Shown here: positions 49,402 through 59,573 of the stretch, piece after piece
Position numbering within the stretch: position 1 is the first letter of the stretch
How the letters are laid out: each line of letters begins with the position of its first letter
NCBI GenBank assembly: GCA_944393125.1
Contig: CALXZB010000003.1
Location: 4,693-68,692, forward strand
Origin: an uncultured Clostridia bacterium
Lineage (GTDB): Bacteria > Bacillota > Clostridia > TANB77 > CAG-508
Direction of reading: 5' to 3'
Length of the DNA: 64,000 nt
The notes under the pieces: generated by a model
The model's input: only the letters and a program-made list of their open reading frames with translations
Database searches by the model: none
What the model was told of the DNA's origin: nothing
Position numbers and translations under genes: made by a program

Positions 49402-50013
49402 ATGTTAGAAAAAAACAGTTTAGTACCATATGTAATTGAACAAACAAGTAGAGGAGAAAGATCATATGATATATTCTCAAGATTATTAAAAGATAGAATA
49501 ATATATTTAGGAGAAGATGTAAATCCAACAACATCAAGCTTGATAGTAGCACAAATGTTATTCCTAGAATCAGAAGACCCAGATAAAGAAATATTCTTCT
49601 ATATAAACTCACCTGGAGGATCAATTACAGATGGAATGGCAATAGTAGATACAATGAATTATATAAAATGTCCTGTTTGTACTGTATGTGTTGGTTTAGC
49701 TGCAAGTATGGGAGCTGTATTATTAGCATCTGGAGAAAAAGGAAAAAGATATGCAATGCCAAATTCAGAAATATTAATACATCAACCATTAATTGGAGGT
49801 CAAGGAGGAGGAATTTCTGGTCAAGCAACAGAAATTAAAATCCATGCAGATCATATGATAAGAACAAGGGAAAAACTTAATAAATTATTAAGTGAAAGAA
49901 CAGGTCAATCTATAGAAACAATAGAAAAAGATACAGAAAGAGACAATTATATGACTGCTGAAGAAGCTTTAAAATATGGGCTTATTGATGAAATTATGAG
50001 TAAAAGAAATTAA
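49402..50013 (+). CDS. clpP: ATP-dependent Clp protease proteolytic subunit
   Basis: [11 protein letters not shown] catalytic Ser region and IHQP. Confidence 0.97.
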   Translation: MLEKNSLVPYVIEQTSRGERSYDIFSRLLKDRIIYLGEDVNPTTSSLIVAQMLFLESEDPDKEIFFYINSPGGSITDGMAIVDTMNYIKCPVCTVCVGLAASMGAVLLASGEKGKRYAMPNSEILIHQPLIGGQGGGISGQATEIKIHADHMIRTREKLNKLLSERTGQSIETIEKDTERDNYMTAEEALKYGLIDEIMSKRN

Positions 50014-50029
50014 AAAAAGGAGAATATAA

Positions 50030-51355
50030 ATGGCTAAAAATGATACACCAGGTGGTGTTAAATGTTCATTTTGTGGAAAGACACAAGAAAGTGTAAAAAG
50101 AATAGTAGCAGGTCCAGGGGTATATATATGTAGTGAATGTATAGCATTGTGTAACGAAATAATTGAAAGTGAATATTATGCTGAAGACGAAGACACATAT
50201 ACATTAGCAGGTTTAGAAAAAATACCTAGCCCTAAAGAAATAAAAGAAATTCTTGATCAATATGTAATAGGTCAAGATGAGGCAAAAAAAACATTATCAG
50301 TAGCTGTATATAATCACTATAAAAGAATTGCAAATGAAGAAGAAATACTTTCTAGACATGGAGAAAAAGATGATGATGTTGAAATTCAAAAAAGTAATGT
50401 ATTATTATTAGGACCTACTGGATGTGGAAAAACTTTATTAGCTAGCACATTAGCAAAAATATTGAATGTACCATTTGCTATAGCTGATGCAACAACTCTT
50501 ACAGAAGCAGGATATGTTGGAGAAGATGTTGAAAACATACTTCTAAAATTAATTCAAGCTGCTGATGGAGACATAGAAAAAGCTGAAAAAGGAATAATCT
50601 ATATAGATGAAATTGATAAAATAACACGAAAGTCTGAAAATCCATCAATAACGAGAGATGTAAGTGGAGAAGGAGTTCAACAAGCACTATTAAAAATAGT
50701 TGAAGGAACAATTGCATCAGTTCCGCCACAAGGAGGAAGAAAACATCCTCAACAAGAATTATTACAAATTGATACAACAAATATTTTATTTATATGTGGA
50801 GGAGCCTTTGAAGGACTAGAAAATATCATTAAAGATAGAATTGGTAAAAAAACAATGGGATTTGGAGCTGAAATTTCAAGCAAAAAAGATGTTGATAAAT
50901 ATAAAGTATTTGAACAAATTTTACCACAAGATTTATTAAAATTTGGAATTATACCAGAATTTATAGGTAGATTACCAATTATAGCTACATTAAAAGAATT
51001 GGATAAAGAAGCTTTAATAAAAATAACTACAGAGCCAAAAAATGCTTTAGTAAAACAATATAAAAAATTATTACAAATGGATGATGTAGAATTAGAATTT
51101 GAACATGAAGCACTAGAAGCAATTGTTGATAAAGCGATTGAAAGAAAAACAGGAGCAAGAGGACTTCGTTCAATTATAGAAGATATTATGAGAGACATTA
51201 TGTTTGATATTCCTTCAAATGAAAAAATAGAAAAATGTATTATTACAAGGGAGACAGTTATGAATAATGCTCCACCTAGGATTATAGAAAATCCTAATAA
51301 AACTAAAAAGGCTAGAAATGAAAGAATTGCTGTAGAACAAAAAGAAACAGCATAA
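50030..51355 (+). CDS. clpX: ATP-dependent Clp protease ATP-binding subunit ClpX
   Basis: Zinc finger CSFCGK...[21 protein letters not shown]. Confidence 0.97.
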   Translation: MAKNDTPGGVKCSFCGKTQESVKRIVAGPGVYICSECIALCNEIIESEYYAEDEDTYTLAGLEKIPSPKEIKEILDQYVIGQDEAKKTLSVAVYNHYKRIANEEEILSRHGEKDDDVEIQKSNVLLLGPTGCGKTLLASTLAKILNVPFAIADATTLTEAGYVGEDVENILLKLIQAADGDIEKAEKGIIYIDEIDKITRKSENPSITRDVSGEGVQQALLKIVEGTIASVPPQGGRKHPQQELLQIDTTNILFICGGAFEGLENIIKDRIGKKTMGFGAEISSKKDVDKYKVFEQILPQDLLKFGIIPEFIGRLPIIATLKELDKEALIKITTEPKNALVKQYKKLLQMDDVELEFEHEALEAIVDKAIERKTGARGLRSIIEDIMRDIMFDIPSNEKIEKCIITRETVMNNAPPRIIENPNKTKKARNERIAVEQKETA

Positions 51356-51375
51356 GTATTTGTAAAATATTTATT

Positions 51376-51412
51376 AAAAAAGGAACAGAAATTTATATAT
51401 CTGTTCCTTTTT
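51376..51412 (+). terminator. clpX terminator
   Basis: Stem AAAAAAGGAACAG/CTGTTCCTTTTT. Confidence 0.75.
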
Positions 51413-51426
51413 GGTATAAGAAAAAA

Positions 51427-51703
51427 GTTACTGATTAATGGTTTTATCGGTTTATACTACTACAAATGCAAATATTATATGTTTTAGTTACTAATAAAAA
51501 ATATTTTTTTATAAGTAAAAACGAAAGAATTTTGTATATCTAAACTTAACTGTATAAATTCTTGTCTAATAAAATGAGGAAAGTTTAGCTTATTCAAAAT
51601 TTTGAAGTGAGTTACTTATATAAAAATATTTTTATATAAGTATAAAATCTATTAACATCTGCATTTGTGGTAGTATACATCGATAAAACCGTTAAACAGC
51701 AAC
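51427..51703. repeat. MITE-like element or structured RNA: 44-nt imperfect inverted repeats enclosing about 190 nt with two internal palindromes
   Basis: 51427-51470 matches the reverse complement of 51660-51703 at 38 of 44 positions. Internal palindromes lie at about 51487-51517 and 51611-51640. Confidence 0.5.
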
Positions 51704-51792
51704 AGAAAAAAAGAATTAAAAGAAAAATGCATAGACTTTTTTATTCAATTATGATAAAATTCAATAAAATAAACAAAAATAAGGAGAAAAAG

Positions 51793-52533
51793 ATGTTATT
51801 TGCATATCCAGGAGAATATGAACCATGTGGAATATTTACAATTGACCATTTTAAATTAATAGTTGTAACATTATTTGGAATAATTATAGCACTAAAAAAG
51901 ACTATCCATAGTACAAAAGAAGAAGTAAAAAAAATAATTAAGAAATGTACAATTTTAGTATGGATTTTTGAAATTATTATTATTTCATTTAAATTATGTA
52001 CAGGAGATATAAAAAATGTCGGAAATTACGTACCATTATATTATTGTAGTTTATTACTATATGCAGGAGCTTTAGCTTCTTTTGCGAAAGGAAAACTACA
52101 AAGAATAGGAGAAGTATTTCTGGCAACAGGAGGAATAATTGGAGGATTTACATTTATAATTTTTCCAACAACATCATTACCAACATATCCAATGTGGCAT
52201 ATAGTGAGTTTACATAGTTTTTTGTATCATGGAATAATGGTCTATTTAGGGATATTAATAAATATAACAAATTATATAACACTTCAATTAAATGATATAA
52301 AATATTATGCGTTTTTAGTTTTTATTGTGTGTATATTAGCTTATACTATAAACAATATATTTGATAGTAATTTAATGTTTATTTCAAAAGATTTTCCTGG
52401 TACGCCAATAGAAATTTTATATAGGGCAACAGGTCCATTTTATACAATAATAGCAATTATTGCACAAATGACCTTACCATTTTATGTTATTTATGGGATT
52501 AAAAATATTTGGAGGAAAAAATGGATAAATTAA
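51793..52533 (+). CDS. polytopic membrane protein (YwaF/TIGR02206-like)
   Basis: ATG at 51793 lies behind AAGGAG. Multiple TM helices. The N-terminal ...YEPCGIFTIDHF... segment is reminiscent of the YwaF family. The upstream 42 codons in the ORF track lie in the repeat element. Confidence 0.6.
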   Translation: MLFAYPGEYEPCGIFTIDHFKLIVVTLFGIIIALKKTIHSTKEEVKKIIKKCTILVWIFEIIIISFKLCTGDIKNVGNYVPLYYCSLLLYAGALASFAKGKLQRIGEVFLATGGIIGGFTFIIFPTTSLPTYPMWHIVSLHSFLYHGIMVYLGILINITNYITLQLNDIKYYAFLVFIVCILAYTINNIFDSNLMFISKDFPGTPIEILYRATGPFYTIIAIIAQMTLPFYVIYGIKNIWRKKWIN

Positions 52534-55223
52534 TTTTAATAGATGGAAATAGTATAATGAATAGAGCTTTTTATGGAATAATGGGAAGCAAAATGCTAAC
52601 AACAAAAGATGGCAAATATACCAACGCAATATATGGCTTTTTAGCAATATTATTTAAGATTTTAGAAGATATACAGCCACAATATATTGCAGTAGCATTT
52701 GATTTAAAAGGTCCAACTGAAAGACACAAAATGTATGAAGGATATAAGGCTAATAGACATGGAATGCCAGAAGAACTAGCTCAGCAAATGCCTGTAATTA
52801 AAGATGTATTAAGAGCTATGAATATAGATATAATTGAAAAACAAGGCTATGAAGGTGATGATATATTAGGAACACTTGCACAATTCGGAGAAAAGCAAGG
52901 ACTGGATGTAACAATACTTTCAGGAGATAGAGATACATTTCAACTTGCAAGTGACCATATTACAATAAGAATTCCTAGAACAAAATCTGGAAAAACAGAA
53001 ACAGAGGATTATGATAGAAATAAAATCTTAGAAGAATATGGATTAGAACCAAAACAACTAATAGAAGTAAAAGCATTACAAGGAGATACATCTGATAATA
53101 TTCCTGGTGTTCCTGGAATTGGACCTAAAACAGCTATTTCTCTAATACAAAAGTATGGTACTGTTGAAAATTTGTATGAAAAAATTGAAACAGGAGAAGA
53201 TGATTTAAAAGGAAAACAAAGAGAAAATATAGTAAACAATAAAGAAATGGCACAATTATCAAAAAAACTTGGAAAAATTAATATAGAAGTTCCTATAGAT
53301 TTATCATTAGATGAAATAAAAATTGAAGAATGGGATAAAATTAAGGTATTAGAATTATTTGAAGAATTACGTTTTAATAGATATATAGAAAGATTCAAAC
53401 TAAAAGAAATTGAAAATAGAAATGATGAAAAAAACAATATTGATATAGAAAAAGATTCAGATATAATAGAAACAAAAGAAATTCCTGATTTAAAAAATAA
53501 TAAATTATACTATTATTTAGAATGTAAAGAGAATCAAAAAAACGAAGATATAATAAAAAAAGATATAGTAGCAATAAGCATATATACTGAAAATAAGTTA
53601 TATTATATAAGAGCAGATGAAGAATTTAAAGAAAAACTAAAAAATATATTTGAGAATGAAAAAATTGAAAAATATGGCTATAATTTAGCAGAAGACTATA
53701 TTTTACTAAAACAAATTGGTATTACTATGAAAAATATAGTATATGATGTAAAAGTTGCGGCATATATATTAAATCCAACAAGTAAATATACAATGGATGT
53801 AATTGCAAGAGATTACTTAGAAATAGATAATAGCGAATTTTTACAAACAAAGAATGAAAGCGAAGGAAAGCAAACATCACTGTTTGATAATGAGCAACAA
53901 AACCTTCAACAAGAAAATAGTAAAAAAATGGAGAACTGTTTATATGCCAAAGAAGTATATGAATTAGCAAAAGTAACTAATGAAAAACTTGAAGAAATAA
54001 ATGCTATGAATTTATTTAAAAATATTGATATGCCAACAGTTGAAGTATTAGCAGAAATGCAATGGAATGGAATGTATGTTGATATAAATGAACTTGAAGA
54101 ATATGGAAAAGAGTTAAAAGATAAAATAGATATATTAATAAAAGAGATATATGAATTAAGTGGAGAAGAATTTAACATAAATTCTACAAAACAGTTAGGT
54201 GAAATTTTATTTGAAAAATTAAAATTACCAGTCGTAAAGAAAAACAAAAGTGGATATTCTACAGATGTCGATGTACTAGAAAAGTTAAAATATGAGCATC
54301 CAGTAATAGAAAAATTATTAGAATATAGACAATTAACTAAATTAAATTCAACATATGTAGAAGGAATGAAACCATATATAAACCCAAAAACTAAAAGAAT
54401 ACATTCATTTTTCCATCAAACAATAACAGCTACAGGAAGAATAAGCTCAACAGAACCAAATTTACAAAATATACCAACAAGATTCGAAATTGGTAAACGT
54501 TTAAGAAAAGTGTTTAAACCAGCTGAAGGATGTATATATATAGATGCAGATTATTCTCAAATTGAATTAAGAGTATTAGCACATATTTCAAATGATGAAC
54601 ATATGGTACAAGCATTTATAAATGGTGAAGATATTCACAAGCAAGCAGCTTCAAAAGTTTTTAATATTCCTATTGAAGAAGTAACAAAAGAACAAAGAAG
54701 TAATGCAAAAGCTGTAAATTTTGGAATTGTATATGGTATAAGTGATTTTGGTTTAGGTGAACAATTGCATATATCAAGAAAAAAGGCAAAACAATATATT
54801 GATCAGTATTTAGAAGAATATTCAGGAATAAAAGAATTTATGACAAAAATTATAGAAAAAGCAAAAGACACAGGATATGTAGAAACACAATTCAATAGAA
54901 GAAGATATATACCTGAATTGAAATCAAACAATTATATGGTACGTCAATTTGGACAAAGAGTTGCAATGAATACTCCAATACAAGGAACAGCTGCAGATAT
55001 TATGAAAATTGCAATGAAAAATGTTTTGAAAGAATTAAAGACTAAAAATATGAAAACTAAAATTGTACTTCAAGTACATGATGAAATGATGCTTGAAGCA
55101 CCTTTAGAAGAAGTAGAAATAGTTAAAGAAATGTTAAAGAAATGCATGGAAAATGCATGTAAATTAAATGTACCATTAATAGCTGAAGTTTCAGAAGCAA
55201 CCAATTGGTATGATTGTAAATAA
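52521..55223 (+). CDS. polA: DNA polymerase I
   Basis: 5' nuclease (LILIDGNS, GDRD), DYSQIELRVLAH, QVHDE. Confidence 0.95.
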   Translation: MDKLILIDGNSIMNRAFYGIMGSKMLTTKDGKYTNAIYGFLAILFKILEDIQPQYIAVAFDLKGPTERHKMYEGYKANRHGMPEELAQQMPVIKDVLRAMNIDIIEKQGYEGDDILGTLAQFGEKQGLDVTILSGDRDTFQLASDHITIRIPRTKSGKTETEDYDRNKILEEYGLEPKQLIEVKALQGDTSDNIPGVPGIGPKTAISLIQKYGTVENLYEKIETGEDDLKGKQRENIVNNKEMAQLSKKLGKINIEVPIDLSLDEIKIEEWDKIKVLELFEELRFNRYIERFKLKEIENRNDEKNNIDIEKDSDIIETKEIPDLKNNKLYYYLECKENQKNEDIIKKDIVAISIYTENKLYYIRADEEFKEKLKNIFENEKIEKYGYNLAEDYILLKQIGITMKNIVYDVKVAAYILNPTSKYTMDVIARDYLEIDNSEFLQTKNESEGKQTSLFDNEQQNLQQENSKKMENCLYAKEVYELAKVTNEKLEEINAMNLFKNIDMPTVEVLAEMQWNGMYVDINELEEYGKELKDKIDILIKEIYELSGEEFNINSTKQLGEILFEKLKLPVVKKNKSGYSTDVDVLEKLKYEHPVIEKLLEYRQLTKLNSTYVEGMKPYINPKTKRIHSFFHQTITATGRISSTEPNLQNIPTRFEIGKRLRKVFKPAEGCIYIDADYSQIELRVLAHISNDEHMVQAFINGEDIHKQAASKVFNIPIEEVTKEQRSNAKAVNFGIVYGISDFGLGEQLHISRKKAKQYIDQYLEEYSGIKEFMTKIIEKAKDTGYVETQFNRRRYIPELKSNNYMVRQFGQRVAMNTPIQGTAADIMKIAMKNVLKELKTKNMKTKIVLQVHDEMMLEAPLEEVEIVKEMLKKCMENACKLNVPLIAEVSEATNWYDCK

Positions 55224-55264
55224 AAGTTTAGATGGTAAAATTTTAATGTAGAGGAGAGAAAAAT

Positions 55265-55825
55265 TTGGCAACAACAAGAAAAAATGCAAAAAAACTACTA
55301 ATATTTTTAATGACAATAATTTTGATAATAATATTGGTAGTAATATGTGTTAATAAACTAATGATAAAAATATTATACAAAAAAGAATATTCTGAATTTG
55401 TAAATAAATATGCACAAATGTATAATGTTGATGAAAACTTAATATATTCCATTATAAAGGTTGAAAGTAACTTTGAAGCTAATGCTGTATCAAGCCAAAA
55501 TGCACAAGGATTAATGCAATTAATGTATGCAACAGCAGAAGAAGTTGCCAGAAAAAATAATATAGAACTTACAGAAGAAAATATATTAGAACCAGATATA
55601 AATATAAAATTAGGAACAATATATTTATCGACTTTATTAGAAAAATATGAATGCATAGAAGTTGCTCTTGCAGCATATAATGCTGGAAGTGGTAATGTAG
55701 ATAAATGGATAGAAAATGGTATAATAAAAGAAGATGGTTCAGATATTGAAAATATTCCTTTTAAAGAAACAAATAATTATGTTAGAAAAATAATAAGAGA
55801 TTATGAAATTTATAAAAAAATTTGA
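55265..55825 (+). CDS. membrane-anchored lytic transglycosylase (SLT domain)
   Basis: VESNFEANAVSSQNAQGLMQL and AAYNAG. TTG start behind GAGGAGAG. Confidence 0.8.
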   Translation: MATTRKNAKKLLIFLMTIILIIILVVICVNKLMIKILYKKEYSEFVNKYAQMYNVDENLIYSIIKVESNFEANAVSSQNAQGLMQLMYATAEEVARKNNIELTEENILEPDINIKLGTIYLSTLLEKYECIEVALAAYNAGSGNVDKWIENGIIKEDGSDIENIPFKETNNYVRKIIRDYEIYKKI

Positions 55826-55837
55826 AAATAATAAAAT

Positions 55838-55865
55838 AGGTCATAGTTTATTAAGACTATGACCT
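55838..55865. terminator. bidirectional terminator between the SLT gene and guaA
   Basis: Stem AGGTCATAG/CTATGACCT. Confidence 0.65.
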
Positions 55866-55870
55866 AAAAT

Positions 55871-57409
55871 TTATTCCCACTCAATTGTTGCTGGTGGTTT
55901 AGATGTAATATCATAAACAACTCTATTTACATGTTTAACTTCATTAACAATTCGGCTAGAAACTCTTTCTAAAACTTCATATGGAATTTTACTCCAAACA
56001 CCTGTCATAAAATCTGTAGTTTCAACAGCACGAAGTGCAACTGTGTAATCATATGTACGTTCATCTCCCATAACACCAACTGATTTTAAATTTGTTAAAA
56101 CAGCAAAATATTGATTGATATTTCTATGTAATCCAGCTTTTGCAATTTCTTCTCTAAAGATAGAATCTGCATCTTTTAAAATAGTTAGTTTATCATCTGT
56201 TATATCTCCGATAACTCTAATTGCTAAACCAGGGCCAGGGAATGGTTGTCTATAAACAAGATTTTCAGGAATTCCAAGTTCTAATCCTGTTTTACGAACT
56301 TCGTCTTTAAATAAATTTCTTAAAGGTTCTACGATTTCTTTAAAATCAACATAATCTGGTAGACCACCAACATTATGATGGCTCTTAATAACTGCACTTT
56401 TTCCAAGTCCACTTTCTATGACATCAGGATATATTGTTCCTTGAACTAAGAAGTCAACAGTACCAATCTTTTTGGCTTCTGCTTCAAATACTCTAATAAA
56501 TTCTTCACCAATAATTTTTCTTTTTCTTTCTGGATCTGTAACTCCAGCAAGTTTTTCTAAAAATCTATCTTTAGCATTAACTCTAATAAAATTTAAATCA
56601 TAATTTTTTGTAAAAATTTCTTCAACTTCGTCACCTTCATTTTTTCTAAGTAAGCCATGATCAACAAAAATACATGTTAAATTTTTCCCTATAGCTTTAC
56701 TTAATAAGACTGCTGCTACAGAAGAATCAACTCCTCCAGAAAGAGCACATAAAGCTTTTTTATCTCCGATTTTTTCTTTTAAAGATTTAATAGATTCTTC
56801 TACAAAAGATGACATAACCCAATCACCAGAACATTCACAAATATTGTATAAGAAGTTTTTAATAACTTGTGTTCCATTTACAGAATTATTTACTTCTGGA
56901 TGAAATTGAATTCCATATAATTTTTTTTCTTTATTTTCCATTGCTGCATTTGGACATACTGATGTAAATCCTATTTTTTTAAACCCATTAGGAACTTCTT
57001 CTACATAGTCTGTATGGCTCATTAAAAAAATGTTTGTGCTTTCAAAATTATTGAATAAAAGAGAAGAAATGTCTATATTTACTGACGTTTCTCCATATTC
57101 TCTAGTATTTGCACTTGCAACTTTTCCACCTAATGAATAAGCCATTAATTGCATTCCATAGCAAATTCCTAGAATAGGAATACCTAATTCAAATATTTCA
57201 CTAGCACATTTTGGAGGGTTTTCTCCATATACACTTGCAGGACCTCCTGTGAAAATAATTCCTTTTGGATTTTTTTCCTTAATTTTTTCTAATGATATAT
57301 CATAAGGTACAACTTCTGAATATACATTACATTCTCTTACTCTACGAGCAATTAATTGATTATATTGTCCACCAAAATCTAGTATTAATATTAGTTCTTT
57401 TGATTTCAT
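55871..57409 (-). CDS. guaA: GMP synthase (glutamine-hydrolysing)
   Basis: GATase ICYGMQ, ATP-PPase SGGVDSSV, C-terminal PPATIEWE. Confidence 0.97.
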   Translation of the reverse strand: MKSKELILILDFGGQYNQLIARRVRECNVYSEVVPYDISLEKIKEKNPKGIIFTGGPASVYGENPPKCASEIFELGIPILGICYGMQLMAYSLGGKVASANTREYGETSVNIDISSLLFNNFESTNIFLMSHTDYVEEVPNGFKKIGFTSVCPNAAMENKEKKLYGIQFHPEVNNSVNGTQVIKNFLYNICECSGDWVMSSFVEESIKSLKEKIGDKKALCALSGGVDSSVAAVLLSKAIGKNLTCIFVDHGLLRKNEGDEVEEIFTKNYDLNFIRVNAKDRFLEKLAGVTDPERKRKIIGEEFIRVFEAEAKKIGTVDFLVQGTIYPDVIESGLGKSAVIKSHHNVGGLPDYVDFKEIVEPLRNLFKDEVRKTGLELGIPENLVYRQPFPGPGLAIRVIGDITDDKLTILKDADSIFREEIAKAGLHRNINQYFAVLTNLKSVGVMGDERTYDYTVALRAVETTDFMTGVWSKIPYEVLERVSSRIVNEVKHVNRVVYDITSKPPATIEWE

Positions 57410-57555
57410 AATTCCTCCTATAAAAATAATTTATGATATTTTATCATATTTGGTCATAAATGTAAATAAAAAAGGCTGAAATGCACGATTCATATTGTAA
57501 CATAAAAATTAAAAATGAATATAATGTAATAATTTTATGAAAGGAATGTGATACA

Positions 57556-58014
57556 ATGGATTATGAAGAATATATGAGAAATGTATTAGGTTATCAACCT
57601 ATAAAATATGATAATACATATAATATGAATTATAATATGATTAATAACGATAGTAAGCCAATATTTAACAATTATCAAGTACAGGAATTAGAAAATTGTT
57701 ATCCTGATATTTATAGAATAATATATCCTATGATACAAAAAGTATGTAGCCAAAACATAGGAAACATAACTAAAGAAGTAATAGATAGAATGACTGATGA
57801 AGTTTATTTTGCTGTTGAAGATAGAGAAATGCTAGAAAATAGAGAAGAAAAACAAGATACAACTGTAGAAAACAGAAAAATAAGTAGAAACCATGGCCTA
57901 AATGATTTGATTCGTATTTTAATATTGAGAGAATTATTAAATAGACATCATAGAAATGTAATAAAAGGAAATAAACAGTATTATATACCTACTAGTCAAT
58001 ATGTGCAATACTGA
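57556..58014 (+). CDS. hypothetical Asn/Tyr-rich protein, 152 aa
   Basis: ORF with a weak RBS AAAGGA. No recognised domain. Confidence 0.45.
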   Translation: MDYEEYMRNVLGYQPIKYDNTYNMNYNMINNDSKPIFNNYQVQELENCYPDIYRIIYPMIQKVCSQNIGNITKEVIDRMTDEVYFAVEDREMLENREEKQDTTVENRKISRNHGLNDLIRILILRELLNRHHRNVIKGNKQYYIPTSQYVQY

Positions 58015-58155
58015 CATAGATATAACAATTGAAGATAAAAATGTAAAAAAGGCTTTATTTTGGCAAGAAAATCAACAAAATTAGGATATTTTGATGACAA
58101 AATAGTACTTTTAGTGATATAATATTTATAATTATATAAAAGGAGAGATTTTAAA

Positions 58156-58485
58156 ATGGATGAATTTAAAATTATCACTATTATGAATGAAGCAATGCTA
58201 AAGCTATTAAAAGATAAAAATAATAATTATGATAAAAACTTAAAGATAAAAAAATTTTTAGAAGATGAAGCCTTTTTTTTCAAGATTAATAAATCAAGTG
58301 CATATGAAATTCTACAGACTATAGGAGTAAAAGAAGACCAATTAGAAGAAGTTTATAAGAAACTAGTATCTCAAAATGTGTATTATGATTTGCTAAATAA
58401 GGGGAAAATTGATGAAAATGATGAATATTTAGTTATAAAATATGATAGTTATAATTATAAAGACTTGTTTAAGAAAAGAAAATAG
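58156..58485 (+). CDS. hypothetical protein, 109 aa
   Basis: RBS AAAGGAGAG. No recognised domain. Confidence 0.5.
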   Translation: MDEFKIITIMNEAMLKLLKDKNNNYDKNLKIKKFLEDEAFFFKINKSSAYEILQTIGVKEDQLEEVYKKLVSQNVYYDLLNKGKIDENDEYLVIKYDSYNYKDLFKKRK

Positions 58486-58502
58486 TAATGGAGGGAACTT
58501 AA

Positions 58503-59516
58503 ATGAAAGATGAATATGTAAAAAAATTTTATAATGAAGTATGCCAAGCATTGGATGGAGATTATAAAATAATATTAGAACCTAATAGAAAATTAACAGA
58601 AGAATGGATTGAATATGATCAGGTAAAATGGGAAATAGAAGAGCCGATTCAAAGCTTAGTAAAAAAGTTACAAAATGATATTACTTTAAGTTTTGAAGAA
58701 AAAATCTTAAAAGTTTATGAACAGATATGTTTAAACTATATATATGATGATAATGTACTATATTTTTTTAAAAGAGATGTAAGTGATATAAATAATATAA
58801 AATATATTGCTGTAGATTGGTATGGAAGAATAGTAGGAGATACATGGATAAAAAATAGAAAGAAACATAATAGAAGAATATGTTATGAGTTCGCTAGATT
58901 TTATGCAAAAGCAATAAATCAATTAGCAGAATCAAAAGAAAATGTTGAAGCTTTTATGCTAGGAGATAAAGAAAATTTACATTATGTTGTAGGATTAATA
59001 ACAGACGAGTATAGTGTTATTTTAGACTTAGATGATTTTAATAATATCAAAGACTTAACAAGAATAAAATTAGGTTTAACGATTGAGGGAATAAGAATAT
59101 TAAGAGATGATTCTGGAAAGTTTAAAAAGACTTTAGATAAATTTAATGATAACAGACCATGTGAATTGGCAGAAATTGAAGAAGCAAAACAAAGTTTAAG
59201 AGGAAAAAATACTATAGAATATTTTAATAAAATTGTAGATATATTAAAAAGTTATAATATAGATTCACAGGGATTTTGTGAATACACAAGAGCTATAATA
59301 GAAAGAGAACAAATAGAAATTGAAAAAATATGGAAAGAAGTTAAAGGAGAACACGAGAAACGCTATGCAAGATGTTTGATTTTTGAATTTGATTCAAAAA
59401 CATACTTATTAGATAGTGTTGATAAAATACTTAAAGTAATAGATAAAGAAAAAATGGACAAATCAATTTTTGTATTTAACCCAGAAGAAAATGAATATCC
59501 TTATTATGGAGGATAA
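58503..59516 (+). CDS. hypothetical protein with a transglutaminase/papain-like Cys-His-Asp signature, paralogue A (337 aa)
   Basis: RBS GGAGGG. NRRICYEFARFYAKA ... LHYVVGL ... ILDLDDF ordering and spacing resemble transglutaminase-like cysteine peptidase cores. Confidence 0.55.
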   Translation: MKDEYVKKFYNEVCQALDGDYKIILEPNRKLTEEWIEYDQVKWEIEEPIQSLVKKLQNDITLSFEEKILKVYEQICLNYIYDDNVLYFFKRDVSDINNIKYIAVDWYGRIVGDTWIKNRKKHNRRICYEFARFYAKAINQLAESKENVEAFMLGDKENLHYVVGLITDEYSVILDLDDFNNIKDLTRIKLGLTIEGIRILRDDSGKFKKTLDKFNDNRPCELAEIEEAKQSLRGKNTIEYFNKIVDILKSYNIDSQGFCEYTRAIIEREQIEIEKIWKEVKGEHEKRYARCLIFEFDSKTYLLDSVDKILKVIDKEKMDKSIFVFNPEENEYPYYGG

Positions 59517-59573
59517 ATTATATAAAATGAAAGTAATATATATAAACTATCAATAATTTAGGGAGAAAATAAA

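Noticed and set aside
50749-55656. Minus-strand ORFs inside clpX (50749-51198), polA (53009-53437, 53906-54247) and the SLT gene (55243-55656)
   Set aside because: All overlap strongly conserved + strand genes and show antisense-type composition. None has a Shine-Dalgarno sequence.
57410-57555. Looked for a purine/guanine riboswitch upstream of guaA (minus strand)
   Set aside because: The region is short and lacks the conserved purine-riboswitch junction and loop sequences. I see only promoter-like elements shared with the divergent gene.
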